The notes under the pieces: generated by a model
Seen by the model: the letters and a program-made list of their open reading frames with translations, nothing else
What the model was told of the DNA's origin: nothing
Databases searched by the model: none
Assembly (NCBI GenBank): GCA_025384855.1
Contig: JALAHT010000001.1
Location: 561,064 to 625,063 of the forward strand
DNA length: 64,000 nucleotides
Direction: 5' to 3'
Source of the DNA: Luteirhabdus salina
Lineage (GTDB): Bacteria; Bacteroidota; Bacteroidia; Flavobacteriales; Flavobacteriaceae
Shown: piece after piece, positions 9,422-19,300 of the stretch
Layout: each line of letters starts with the position of its first letter
How positions within the stretch are numbered: the first letter of the stretch is position 1
Translations under genes and position numbers: made by a program

Positions 9422-10384
9422 CTATTCACCATTCGTAAACTTTACAGTCGACTGACGTTCGGTATTAACGACTAGTTGTGTGACATCGGGTCTGGAGTAA
9501 TGGCCGACGGGGTCAAAATTTTGGCGTTCTTCCAATACGCGATCAAAGTCCAGGGTTACGTAGAAGTTCCCAGACTTGTTAAGAATCGGTTCGAGAATCC
9601 ATTCCCCATTTGGACCCGCTACACAGCTTCCGCCGTTGGCAAGCGTTTTTGGAGCGTTCTCAAGGATTTTTTCTAGGTAGGGCGTGTCTTGTGGGAAGTC
9701 TTCTACATTCATCAACGCTGAAACGGAAACAACATAGCTTCTTGATTCCCGAGCGATAAAACGGGTAATTTCTTTAGTGTTATGATCGCTTCCCGGCCAA
9801 ACTGCAACATGCAAGTTTTCACCTTGGGCATAAAGCGAAGCACGTGGTAGCGGCATCCAATTCTCCCAACAATTTAGTCCGCCAACGGTAAAAGGAGGTA
9901 GTTTATGCGTTTGCAGTCCGTTCCCATCGCCGGGTGACCATGTTAGTCGCTCGTCGTAGGTAGGTTGCAATTTACGGTGTACCGATTCGATATTTCCTTC
10001 TTTTGAAATATAGACCAAAGAGGCGTAAATGCTATGCCCTCCCCTATCCTGTGGTCGTTCAATGATGCCAAGGTAGATGGCAATTTCATTTTCTTTCGCC
10101 GCCGCACAAACCTCATCCAAGTCGCCCTCCTCGATACAAACCGCCTGCTTCGCATAGTGCGCATGTAGTTCTTTATTGATGTTGGTATTCCATTCTGCCC
10201 CTCCGGTAAGGGCTAGCCAAAATGGATACCCCGGCACCAAGGCTTCACCAAAAACAATCAGATTGGCATCGTTTTTACCCGCTTCTTCAATCTGTGTAAT
10301 CACTTTTTCCAAGGTCTTTGACCGATTAAGCCAAACAGGAGCTATTTGAGCTAATGCTACGGTAAGTTGAGATGAATTCTTCAT
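9422..10384 (-). CDS. Carbon-nitrogen hydrolase family protein (nitrilase/amidase-like)
   Basis: CN-hydrolase catalytic triad context: FGEALVPGYPFW (Glu), RKLQPTYDER (Lys), GGLNCWENW (Cys). Confidence 0.8.
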   Translation of the reverse strand: MKNSSQLTVALAQIAPVWLNRSKTLEKVITQIEEAGKNDANLIVFGEALVPGYPFWLALTGGAEWNTNINKELHAHYAKQAVCIEEGDLDEVCAAAKENEIAIYLGIIERPQDRGGHSIYASLVYISKEGNIESVHRKLQPTYDERLTWSPGDGNGLQTHKLPPFTVGGLNCWENWMPLPRASLYAQGENLHVAVWPGSDHNTKEITRFIARESRSYVVSVSALMNVEDFPQDTPYLEKILENAPKTLANGGSCVAGPNGEWILEPILNKSGNFYVTLDFDRVLEERQNFDPVGHYSRPDVTQLVVNTERQSTVKFTNGE

Positions 10385-10491
10385 GGTTTAAAGATAGTGA
10401 TAACTTGATAAGAAGCAGCAAAGTTTCAAAGAGACAAAGAGGCAAATGGGCTGCAAAGAGTTAGGAGTTAAAGCTAGAAGCAGATTACAGA

Positions 10492-10519
10492 TGTAGGGTG
10501 TAGGGTGTAGGGTGTAGGG
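10492..10519. repeat. Tandem heptamer array, (TGTAGGG)x4
   Basis: Read directly. Confidence 0.9.
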
Positions 10520-10600
10520 ATAAAAGAAACAGTAAAAAGATTCAAACATAAAATTCCAAAGCCTATTGCTTATAGCGTATAGCTTACAGCTTACTGATCA
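10520..10600. repeat. Conserved intergenic module (copy 3): ataaaagaaacagtaaaaagattcaaacataaaattccaaagcctattgcttatagcgtatagcttacagcttactg
   Basis: Paralogous to 7747-7859 and 9297-9395. Confidence 0.8.
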
Positions 10601-10610
10601 CCGTTCACGC

Positions 10611-11516
10611 CTAAATAAACCGATTCAACAACAGATCGATATCGATTAGTACAATACTGAAGACCCCAGCAACAATGATAAACTTCAAGATGTTATGCAG
10701 CACTACATAGTGAAGTTTTCGTTTTGATTTCCAAAGAATCACCAAAAAAATAATTAATGCCGCGATACTTCCGAAGAAATAATACGTCATATACCCAATT
10801 TCAAAATTGAAGATCAGCAGCAGCGTCGGGATTAAGGTCAATATGCTGAGTAATGTCAACATCCGTTTCGAAACATGTTCACCATACACTACGGGAATGG
10901 TATGGTAGTTCTGTGCCAAATCGCCCTTTAGGTTTTCCAGATCCTTCACGAGTTCACGCATGGCGATCAGTAGAAACAAAAAGGTAGCATGGACAAATAT
11001 TACGATATCGAAATTTCGATAGTAGATAAAGACCGCAAAGAAAGGCACGACTGCCAATGTGCTGGCAACAAAATTCCCTACGAAAGGGTAGCGTTTCAGT
11101 TTATGTGAATAAAACCAAATTCCGAATATATAAAGTGAAAAGAAGATCACCGCCCGAAAGGAAACATAGCTCGCAAAAATCACCGAAATGAAGTTCAGGA
11201 TAAAATAGCCGGAAAGTTTAGTCCGCTGACTCACTAGTCGATCCAACATCGTTTTTCTTGGACGATTAATTAGATCCTTTTCGCTGTCGTAAAAGCTGTT
11301 GATGATGTATCCAGAAGCAATCGCAGCCGAAGATGCCAAAACGATCATAAGAAGATTGACATCAAAAACGACGTGACGCACGGCTAGGTTCGGCGCTAGA
11401 ATATACACCGAGGTGAGATACTGAGCAATAACAATAATGAGAATGTTGTACCCTCGTACAATAGAAAACAAGCTGAAAAACTTCAACAACAGATGCTTTT
11501 GTTTTCGGCTTAGCAT
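10611..11516 (-). CDS. UbiA-family aromatic/polyprenyl prenyltransferase (integral membrane)
   Basis: About 300 aa with about 8 TM helices. Asp-rich loop after TM2 (FYDSEKDLINRPRK) resembling a UbiA NDxxD motif. Sits next to mevalonate-pathway genes. Confidence 0.65.
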   Translation of the reverse strand: MLSRKQKHLLLKFFSLFSIVRGYNILIIVIAQYLTSVYILAPNLAVRHVVFDVNLLMIVLASSAAIASGYIINSFYDSEKDLINRPRKTMLDRLVSQRTKLSGYFILNFISVIFASYVSFRAVIFFSLYIFGIWFYSHKLKRYPFVGNFVASTLAVVPFFAVFIYYRNFDIVIFVHATFLFLLIAMRELVKDLENLKGDLAQNYHTIPVVYGEHVSKRMLTLLSILTLIPTLLLIFNFEIGYMTYYFFGSIAALIIFLVILWKSKRKLHYVVLHNILKFIIVAGVFSIVLIDIDLLLNRFI

Positions 11517-11539
11517 GAATATGTTAGGTTGAAAAAGTG

Positions 11540-12478
11540 TTAGAAATTATAAACTACTTCCAATTTATAATCCTTTAATGCCTCGCGGGCCTTATCGATA
11601 TCTTCAGTGAAGCCAAGCATATAACCACCGCCGCCAGAACCACAAAGTTTTAGGTAATAGGCATTGGTATCGATTCCTTTTTTCCATAAGGTGTGAAACT
11701 GTTTCGGAATCATCGGCTTAAAGTTATCGAGCACCACTTTTGAAAGTTGCTTCACGTTTCCGAAGAGTGACTTAACATCGCCATGCAGAAAATCATGGAC
11801 ACAGGCATCGGTATGCTTCACAAATTGATCCTTCAACATATTCCGGAAGCCTTCCTGCTTCATGTTTTCCATAAAAATCTGCACCATCGGAGCAGTTTCA
11901 CCCGTTGTACCACTATCCAATAAAAACACAGCGCCTTTGCCTTCTTCCGTTTGCGATGGAATACCGGCAGGTTCGATATTGTCTTTGGAATTGATAAGAA
12001 TCGGCAGGCTTAAGTAGCTGTTCAACGGATCGAGTCCAGACGATTTCCCATGGAAAAAAGACTCCATTTCAGCAAAAATTGCCTTCAGTTGAAGTAGCTT
12101 TTCACGCGTTAAATTCTCGAGTACCGTAATTTTATCGGTGGCATATTGATCATAAATTGCCGCCACCAAGGCACCACTACTTCCCACACCATAGCCTTGC
12201 GGAATACTACTATCGAAATACAAACCTTTTTCAACATCGGCCTTTAAACTAGCCAAATCGAACGTGACCAATTCTGGTTGCTGCTCTTGAAGATTTTGTA
12301 GGTAATCAGCAAATCGGCCTAAGGCATCGTTGCTCTTTTTAGTTGAAATGGTCTTATGTTCATCGATTTTAAGGGCTCCCTTATAAAAGTTGTAGGGGAT
12401 AGAGAGTCCTTTGGAATCCTTGATGATTCCATATTCACCGAACAGTAGGATTTTGGAGTAGAAAAGGGGACCGCGCAT
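11540..12478 (-). CDS. GHMP-family kinase, probably mevalonate kinase
   Basis: GHMP ATP-binding motif (PQGYGVGSSGALVAAIY). Adjacent to diphosphomevalonate decarboxylase. Confidence 0.6.
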   Translation of the reverse strand: MRGPLFYSKILLFGEYGIIKDSKGLSIPYNFYKGALKIDEHKTISTKKSNDALGRFADYLQNLQEQQPELVTFDLASLKADVEKGLYFDSSIPQGYGVGSSGALVAAIYDQYATDKITVLENLTREKLLQLKAIFAEMESFFHGKSSGLDPLNSYLSLPILINSKDNIEPAGIPSQTEEGKGAVFLLDSGTTGETAPMVQIFMENMKQEGFRNMLKDQFVKHTDACVHDFLHGDVKSLFGNVKQLSKVVLDNFKPMIPKQFHTLWKKGIDTNAYYLKLCGSGGGGYMLGFTEDIDKAREALKDYKLEVVYNF

Positions 12479-12579
12479 AAGCTTTGTAAGTTACTTCGTT
12501 AGTGCAAAGATACTATAGAATCGTTATACATATCAGAAAAAATACTTAAAATCTGCTACCTAACGCACTAAAAGCCTTA

Positions 12580-13662
12580 CTATTTCAAGGTTTTAGCACC
12601 TTTCCCTGTACGATCCTCAATGAATTTACCTTCCTTACAGAAAATCTTCAATTCGGATTGTATAAACTGCAACACTTCTGATTTTTCGTTTTTCAGATAT
12701 AGAACATGCACATTCGCACCCGCATCCAAGGTAAAGCAGATATGGCTTCCGGTTTCCCTACGATATTTCCATATCCGATTGATGATTTCCAAGGTATTGG
12801 GTTTCATTAAAATGAAATAAGGATTCGAGGTCATCATCATGGCATGGAGTGACAGCGCTTCACTTTCAACAATATTGATAAATGCTTCTACATCACCTTC
12901 CTTCAAGATAGGAGTCAATTTTGAAAGGTTGCCGTTCGCTTGCTGAAACCGCTGCTCCGAAAATGGATGATCGTGCATCAAATTATGACCGACCGTACTG
13001 CTCACCTGTTTCTCCCCTGTTTCAACCAACAGAATCGTGTTTTGATAATCCTGAAAAACCGGGTGTACTTCATAGGGGTACAAGGTTCCCACCAAATTGG
13101 AGCTCCCTTTAATCTTTGGATGTTTTCCCCAAACCACTAGCGGTCCTTCGATGCTTCGCGCTGCACTTCCGGAGCCGAGACGAGCTAAAAAAGATGCCTT
13201 CTGCAAGCCCTGTTCATGCGACATTGGTTCTGAAAGAAGTTTTTGTTCCAATTCCACCAAACACATGGCCAATGCACTCATCCCGCTGGCCGAAGAAGCA
13301 ATGCCGCTACTATGAGGAAAGCTGTTAGTCGTTTCGATAATAAAATCGTACTCCTTCACAAGCGGTATATACCGTTCGATCCGAGCAAAAAACTGCTCGA
13401 TTTTCGGTTTAAAATTTGGCGCTAAGGTTTCATCCAAATACACTTCAAATACAGAATCTTCACCGATTTTAGGCTTGTATTTTAAGGTTGTTTTGGTATG
13501 ACAGTTTGAAAGTGTAAAACTAATGGATGCATTCTTCGGCAACTGTTCACCATACTTTCCCCAATATTTTATCAGGGCAATATTACTAGGCGATTGAACG
13601 GTAACGCTTCCCTCTAATTGAGAAGAATAGGTTTCGGTAGGCAGAAATTGATCTTCAGTCAT
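12580..13662 (-). CDS. mvaD: Diphosphomevalonate decarboxylase
   Basis: MVD N-terminal signature (NIALIKYWGK…) and GHMP-fold motif (SSGIASSASGMSALAMC). Confidence 0.8.
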   Translation of the reverse strand: MTEDQFLPTETYSSQLEGSVTVQSPSNIALIKYWGKYGEQLPKNASISFTLSNCHTKTTLKYKPKIGEDSVFEVYLDETLAPNFKPKIEQFFARIERYIPLVKEYDFIIETTNSFPHSSGIASSASGMSALAMCLVELEQKLLSEPMSHEQGLQKASFLARLGSGSAARSIEGPLVVWGKHPKIKGSSNLVGTLYPYEVHPVFQDYQNTILLVETGEKQVSSTVGHNLMHDHPFSEQRFQQANGNLSKLTPILKEGDVEAFINIVESEALSLHAMMMTSNPYFILMKPNTLEIINRIWKYRRETGSHICFTLDAGANVHVLYLKNEKSEVLQFIQSELKIFCKEGKFIEDRTGKGAKTLK

Positions 13663-13723
13663 CCAAATAATTTAGGCCTCAAAGATACGCAATTCGATTT
13701 CGGAGTTGTAAAAAATTACTGTT

Positions 13724-14938
13724 GTGATGATGACATTCCGAAATTCTTCCGATGAGAAGAAAACACCTACAACTATGAACGGTTTACAGCTATTTGGTTT
13801 AAGTCTCTTTGCAATGCTTTTCAGCGGATGTTTCTTCGGAAACGAAAATCCGGAGAACGATTTTTTTGAAGACGAGGCCTATTACGGAAAAGAAGAGGAA
13901 TACGTTGACGATAGCTCCTACAGAGAGCCTTTAGAACCAACACAGTCTTATCAAAATTCAACAAAAGAAAAGAAAATGGAAGCACAGGAAAAACTACGAA
14001 ATTTTGAAAACCGCGATCAGAAAACGGGCATGATATCTAGCACAATACCTTTTCCCGCTTCTTGGCGACAAATTCAAAATAACAACGAATGGACTTTTGA
14101 GGGACCAAACGGACTGAAAGTTAGCGGATCTTTTGGTCAGCAGTTTTTTTATGGCGGTCAGCCGAATCCCTACAGCGACAAGTATCGCAATCCGATGGGA
14201 ATTCAACAAATAATCGATGAATTCTTTATGCCCACGGCCCAGCGCACTCAGCGAACGCTAATATCCACCTACGAGCTTCCGAAAGTAGCAGCCGCCACCC
14301 AAGCCTTTCGGGACCAACTATGGCAATATGCCCCTACCCAAAAAACCACTAGAGCATATGGGATGGAATGGAAAGACCCCCAAGGGATGCACTATTTAAC
14401 AGTTTTAAATGTTACCGACGATCGCTCACCACTTGGAAACAATTGGATGTTTTACGGTCAGTTTATCCAAGCAAAAGCTGACGATTTCGAAGAAGCCAAA
14501 AAAGCATTTTTATATGGCATTATAAACACTAAGTATAACCCGCAATGGATTGCAGCCTTCAATCAGCGCGAACTACAACGGGCAAATATTAGTGATGCCG
14601 CGCATCGAAAAAGATTGGCAGCTATCAATGCACGTGGCCAAGCAACGCTCGACCTCGGGAAAACCTATAGTGAAATTTCCGATATCAGTCATGCCGGATA
14701 CCTTAATAGGAGTAATATGAATAGCCACGGACACAATAAAACCATTAGCGGTATAAACGAAACCGTTACCATCGCAAATCATGGTACTGGAGAGCATTAT
14801 AGTGTTCCAATGGGTACCAAACACTATTGGGTTTCAAATGATGGCACGTACTTTGGAACAAATAACACCCTATACAACCCTAATACCGATAAACGCATGT
14901 ATGATAAGGAATGGACACAATTTGAAGTTGAACAATAA
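13724..14938 (+). CDS. Hypothetical lipoprotein (Trp/Asn/Gln-rich). The true start may be the internal Met at 13775.
   Basis: Signal peptide with lipobox (LFAMLFSGC). No recognisable catalytic motif. Confidence 0.5.
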   Translation: MMMTFRNSSDEKKTPTTMNGLQLFGLSLFAMLFSGCFFGNENPENDFFEDEAYYGKEEEYVDDSSYREPLEPTQSYQNSTKEKKMEAQEKLRNFENRDQKTGMISSTIPFPASWRQIQNNNEWTFEGPNGLKVSGSFGQQFFYGGQPNPYSDKYRNPMGIQQIIDEFFMPTAQRTQRTLISTYELPKVAAATQAFRDQLWQYAPTQKTTRAYGMEWKDPQGMHYLTVLNVTDDRSPLGNNWMFYGQFIQAKADDFEEAKKAFLYGIINTKYNPQWIAAFNQRELQRANISDAAHRKRLAAINARGQATLDLGKTYSEISDISHAGYLNRSNMNSHGHNKTISGINETVTIANHGTGEHYSVPMGTKHYWVSNDGTYFGTNNTLYNPNTDKRMYDKEWTQFEVEQ

Positions 14939-14985
14939 CGGAATGATTTTAAAAAATATGTATCTTTCTTCCTCTGTTACAACCA

Positions 14986-15570
14986 ATGGGGAAGGTAAAA
15001 CATTTAGCGAAACAATCGCAACTCGTAGAGGCTGTAAAACGGAACGACGAACAGACGTTGCGCTCGCTCTATACCCAAAACTATTACAAGACCGAAAAAT
15101 ACGTGCTTCAAAACAGTGGCTCGAAACCGCAGGCCAAGGATATTTATCAGGAAGCTTTTATAACCGTTTGGAAAAATGTAAAAGCTGGAAAGTTCATCCC
15201 TAAAAACGACACAGCACTTCAGGGATACCTATTCCAAATTTCCAAAAACAAATGGTTGGATGTACTGCGCTCCTATCAATATCGAAAGACCCGCCAATTA
15301 GACACCAACTATCTTAATGTACATGAAGATGAAAACGCCATGGACACGGTAGAAGAAAAGCACACGAAGCAGAAACAACAACAACTTATCATAAAGGCCT
15401 TTTCCCAGTTGGGAGAGGACTGCCGACGTCTTTTAGAAGCATTTTATTTTGAAAAGCAAAGCATGCGAAATATTTCATCCCTATTCGAGATAACCGAAGC
15501 TTCTGCTAGAAATAAAAAATACAGATGTATTGAACGGTTGCGCGAATTAACAAACCTCCCCCCATCATGA
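14986..15570 (+). CDS. RNA polymerase ECF-type sigma-70 factor
   Basis: Sigma region 2 (LYTQNYYKT…YQEAFITVW) and region 4 HTH (ISSLFEITEASARNKKYRCIERLREL). Confidence 0.85.
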   Translation: MGKVKHLAKQSQLVEAVKRNDEQTLRSLYTQNYYKTEKYVLQNSGSKPQAKDIYQEAFITVWKNVKAGKFIPKNDTALQGYLFQISKNKWLDVLRSYQYRKTRQLDTNYLNVHEDENAMDTVEEKHTKQKQQQLIIKAFSQLGEDCRRLLEAFYFEKQSMRNISSLFEITEASARNKKYRCIERLRELTNLPPS

Positions 15571-16301
15571 AAAAGAAAATCGAAATATCCCAGGAAACCT
15601 TCGAACGAATCGAAGCGTATCTTTCGAATGAGCTGTCTGAAACTGAAGCGCTGAAATTCGAAAGCAGAATTAAATCCGATGCACAGTTTGCTACGCAAGT
15701 TGCGGAGGTAGAAGCTTTTCTAAACGCTATTGAAGTCGCAGCTTTAAAGCCGAAGTTAAACGACTACCATAGTGAAATTGCTACTAAAACAACTTCACAG
15801 GGCGGGAAAAATTATATAAAATATGCTGCCGCAGCCTCCATCATTTTGGCTATTGCACTCGTGTGGTTGTTTACGAAAACAAATCCACGGGAGGAATTAT
15901 ATGCTACCTACTATTCTCCCGATCCCGGCTTACCGACAATTATGAGTGCTACCTCTCAATTTGAGTTTTATGATGGAATGGTAAGCTACAAGCAGGGTAA
16001 TTATGAAGAAGCCCTATCGAAATGGCAACCTTTGGTCGAAGAAAAACCTGAGAACGACACCCTGAGCTACTTTATGGGAATGGCCCATATGGCCACCGAT
16101 GAAATAACGTCGGCACTTCTTTATTTGAACTCAACTATTGAAAAAACTACTTCTACCTTTTATTCGGAAGCTATCTATTACAAAGCGCTCGCTTTAGTAA
16201 AGGCTGCTAAGCTAAATGAAGCTATTCAGCTTTTGGCGGTGCATCCGTCAGATAAAAACCAATCGCTCTTAAACGCTATTCGTAAATTAAAAGATGAATA
16301 A
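15567..16301 (+). CDS. Putative anti-sigma factor (single-pass membrane protein with TPR-like periplasmic part)
   Basis: Start overlaps the sigma-factor stop by 4 nt (ATGA). One central TM helix (AAAASIILAIALVWLF). Assigned by position. Confidence 0.5.
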   Translation: MKKKIEISQETFERIEAYLSNELSETEALKFESRIKSDAQFATQVAEVEAFLNAIEVAALKPKLNDYHSEIATKTTSQGGKNYIKYAAAASIILAIALVWLFTKTNPREELYATYYSPDPGLPTIMSATSQFEFYDGMVSYKQGNYEEALSKWQPLVEEKPENDTLSYFMGMAHMATDEITSALLYLNSTIEKTTSTFYSEAIYYKALALVKAAKLNEAIQLLAVHPSDKNQSLLNAIRKLKDE

Positions 16302-19300
16302 ACGCTTCTTCACCTTAATGCTATTTATGATTCCCTATATAATTTGGGGGCAACATGATTCGCTAGTAGGGGTATCCAGAATGACCGAACTGGTGCAGGC
16401 AAAAAAAATTAAAGAAGCAAATACATACCTTGCGCAACAGCTTTCAAAATTCAAAAAAGAAGAAAAAGCTGATAGCATCGCCAAGTACATCGAATTCATC
16501 GGAAGCTTTTCACTTAACCAAGAAGATTGGGACCGTGCCTTAGAACGCACCAACAAATGGGTAACCTACATTTTAAGCTTTAATGACCCCTTCGCTTCAA
16601 AATATGCATACAAAGAATTAGCATGGGTACAAAGCGATGCCGGACGACCCGATCTTGCCTATCTTTCCGTAGAAAAAGCCTTGCATTTTGCAAAAAAGGA
16701 TAGCTCTAACGCACCGCCTACCGAGGACGATATGCACTATAATCTGGGATATTATGCCAGCAGTATGGGAAATTATGTAGCCTCTAAAAACCATTATCAA
16801 AAAAGCCTGGAAACATTTAATAAGCGGAAGGAAAAGAATTACGTATCGCTGCAACAGGTATACAATGCGTTAGGGGGAGTCATGTGGCGGGAAGGCAAAA
16901 TGGATAGCTGCCAGTATTATTTTCAAAAATCCTTGGAAGCTCTAAAGAAAACCGAGAACACCCCCGAAAACCAATACTACCGACCCGCACTTGTTATGAT
17001 GAATATGGCCGTTGTCTCTAATGTGCTGGGCAAAAATCAAGAAGCGATAGCGTATTCTCAAAAGGCCATCAACGATTTGAATGACTATATGGTTAATGGC
17101 ACCGACGAACAGCGTATCAGTGCAGCAGAAGCCAGCAAGTTTGCTGCTATCGATAATCTAGGGGCTTTCCATAATGCTGTTGGTGAATTTCGCAAAGCGG
17201 AAGAGCTTATCGAGTATTCCTATCAGCGTAAGCTCAAAACTCGAAATCCAAATGACCCCAATGTCATTATTTCAAAAATCTTACTTGCACAGGCGAAGTT
17301 AAACACCAGGGATTTAAACAATGCTTTGTATTTGGTTGAAGAAGTGCAACAACAAATCAATGAAAATCCTGCCATTCCTGAATATTGGAAAGGATCTGCC
17401 TTTACCACCTACGGAAAAATTTTGGAAGCCTTAAAACGACCTAAAGAGGCCGGACCTGCCTATGAAAAAGGTCGCGAACTATTCTTACAATCGCTTGGTG
17501 GAAACTACAACAACGACCTGCTCTCGGAAATTGCTAACATGGCGGTTTTCTATGCGAAAAACAACCAACGAAAAAAGGCCCTTGCCACTGCAGAAGAGTT
17601 ATACTCAGCGTCGAAAAAAAGTGAATTTCACAAAACCCAACAAGGTCTCCATTATATTTTGGCCGTAGCGGAAACCTATTTCCAACTCGGAGAATTTGAG
17701 AAAGCAAAATCGTTTTCACAAGAAGTAATCGATGCGATTGAAGTACCAAAACAGCAACAAAAAGTCTCGCCCGATGTTGTACTTAATAGCTTTCAATTGC
17801 CTCGGGCCATCTTAATCCATGCCCAATCTGAATATGCTTTACTTCCCGCAATAACCCTCTCCAAAATCAACCAGCTTTCAAATTCGCTAACCAACGCATT
17901 CGAAGTACTTCAATTACGGCAATCGTTCTTACAGAATTACGAGGATGTTCGTTTTTTGATTTCACAAAACACCGACCTTTTCAACTTTGCAAAAAAACTA
18001 CAACTCCAAGCCTATCAAAAATCGAAGGATTCAAAATATTTGGAAAAACTGATTCAATACCATGAATCGAGTATCTACAACCGAATTCGAGCCCGATTAG
18101 CTCTACGGGAATATCAGCCTTCCGATAAGCTTCCAGCAAGTATTCTTCAACAGGAATCAGAACTTAAAGCTAAACTTTCCAGCGCACTACAGAATTCTTC
18201 CGAAGAAGGGATTTCAACGTTCATCAAAGCTTCCAACGAATGGGAAACACTTCGCGAAACCCTGAAAACCGACTATCCCGATTATTTTTCATTGAAATAT
18301 GGATCCATTCTTCACGAGAAAAACGATTGGAAAAATGAAATTCCAGCCAATACCACATTGATTCGGTATCTTTTTGTAGAAGATGAATTATATTCGTTAG
18401 TCCTTACCAACAACAGCAGCACGCTTCAAAAACACACCACAAACAAGCTTTCCGAAACCATCGAAGCGCTACAGCAGCATTCCAATACTGTGGAAGCGTA
18501 TCGAGAGCCAATGTATATTTTATACGAACAGCTCTGGGGCACAATTGCCGATAACGTTGCCACAGAAGAGGTCATAATTATTCCAGACGGTCCCCTCTTC
18601 AACCTTAGCTTCGATCTTCTAACCAAAACCCCGATAGCCTCTTTTAAGGAATTAGCGACAAAAGGACTCTTGGCCAACCATTGCATTTCATACGAACCCA
18701 GTCTTTATATGTTGCAAAACGGTACAGCCGAAGTACCTCAAGAAAGATTTGTAGCCTTCGCTCCGACCTTCGATGCTGAAATGAAGGTACGATATAAGAA
18801 TGCACAAAAGGATTCTACCGCTATCGACAAAACCTATCTTACATTACTTCCGCAGCCGTTCATTCGTGAAGTCGCGGAGAAATATAGCAAATTGTTTCGG
18901 GGGACGGCCTACCTTAACGATGACGCTTCGAAAATGCGATTTTTATCGGAAGCAGACCAACATAGCATCATTCATATTGGCACCCATGCGGAAAGCAATA
19001 ATGTAAGTCCAGAGCTTTCGCGACTAATTTTTGCCAAAGGCGAATCATCAGAAACGGTATCAGAAGAGAATTCCCTATATGCCTACGAGCTTTACAATTA
19101 CGAACTTTCATCCGAACTCGCCATATTAACGGCTTGTGAAACGGGAAAGCCTTCTTATCAGCCTGGGGAGGGAATGCTTTCCTTAACCCATGCCTTCACC
19201 CATGCTGGCAGTCAGAGTATTCTAACCAGCCTATGGAATGTAGACGAAAAGTCGAGTGCGGCTATCGTTGCAGCTTTCTACGATCATCTGGCCGACGGTG

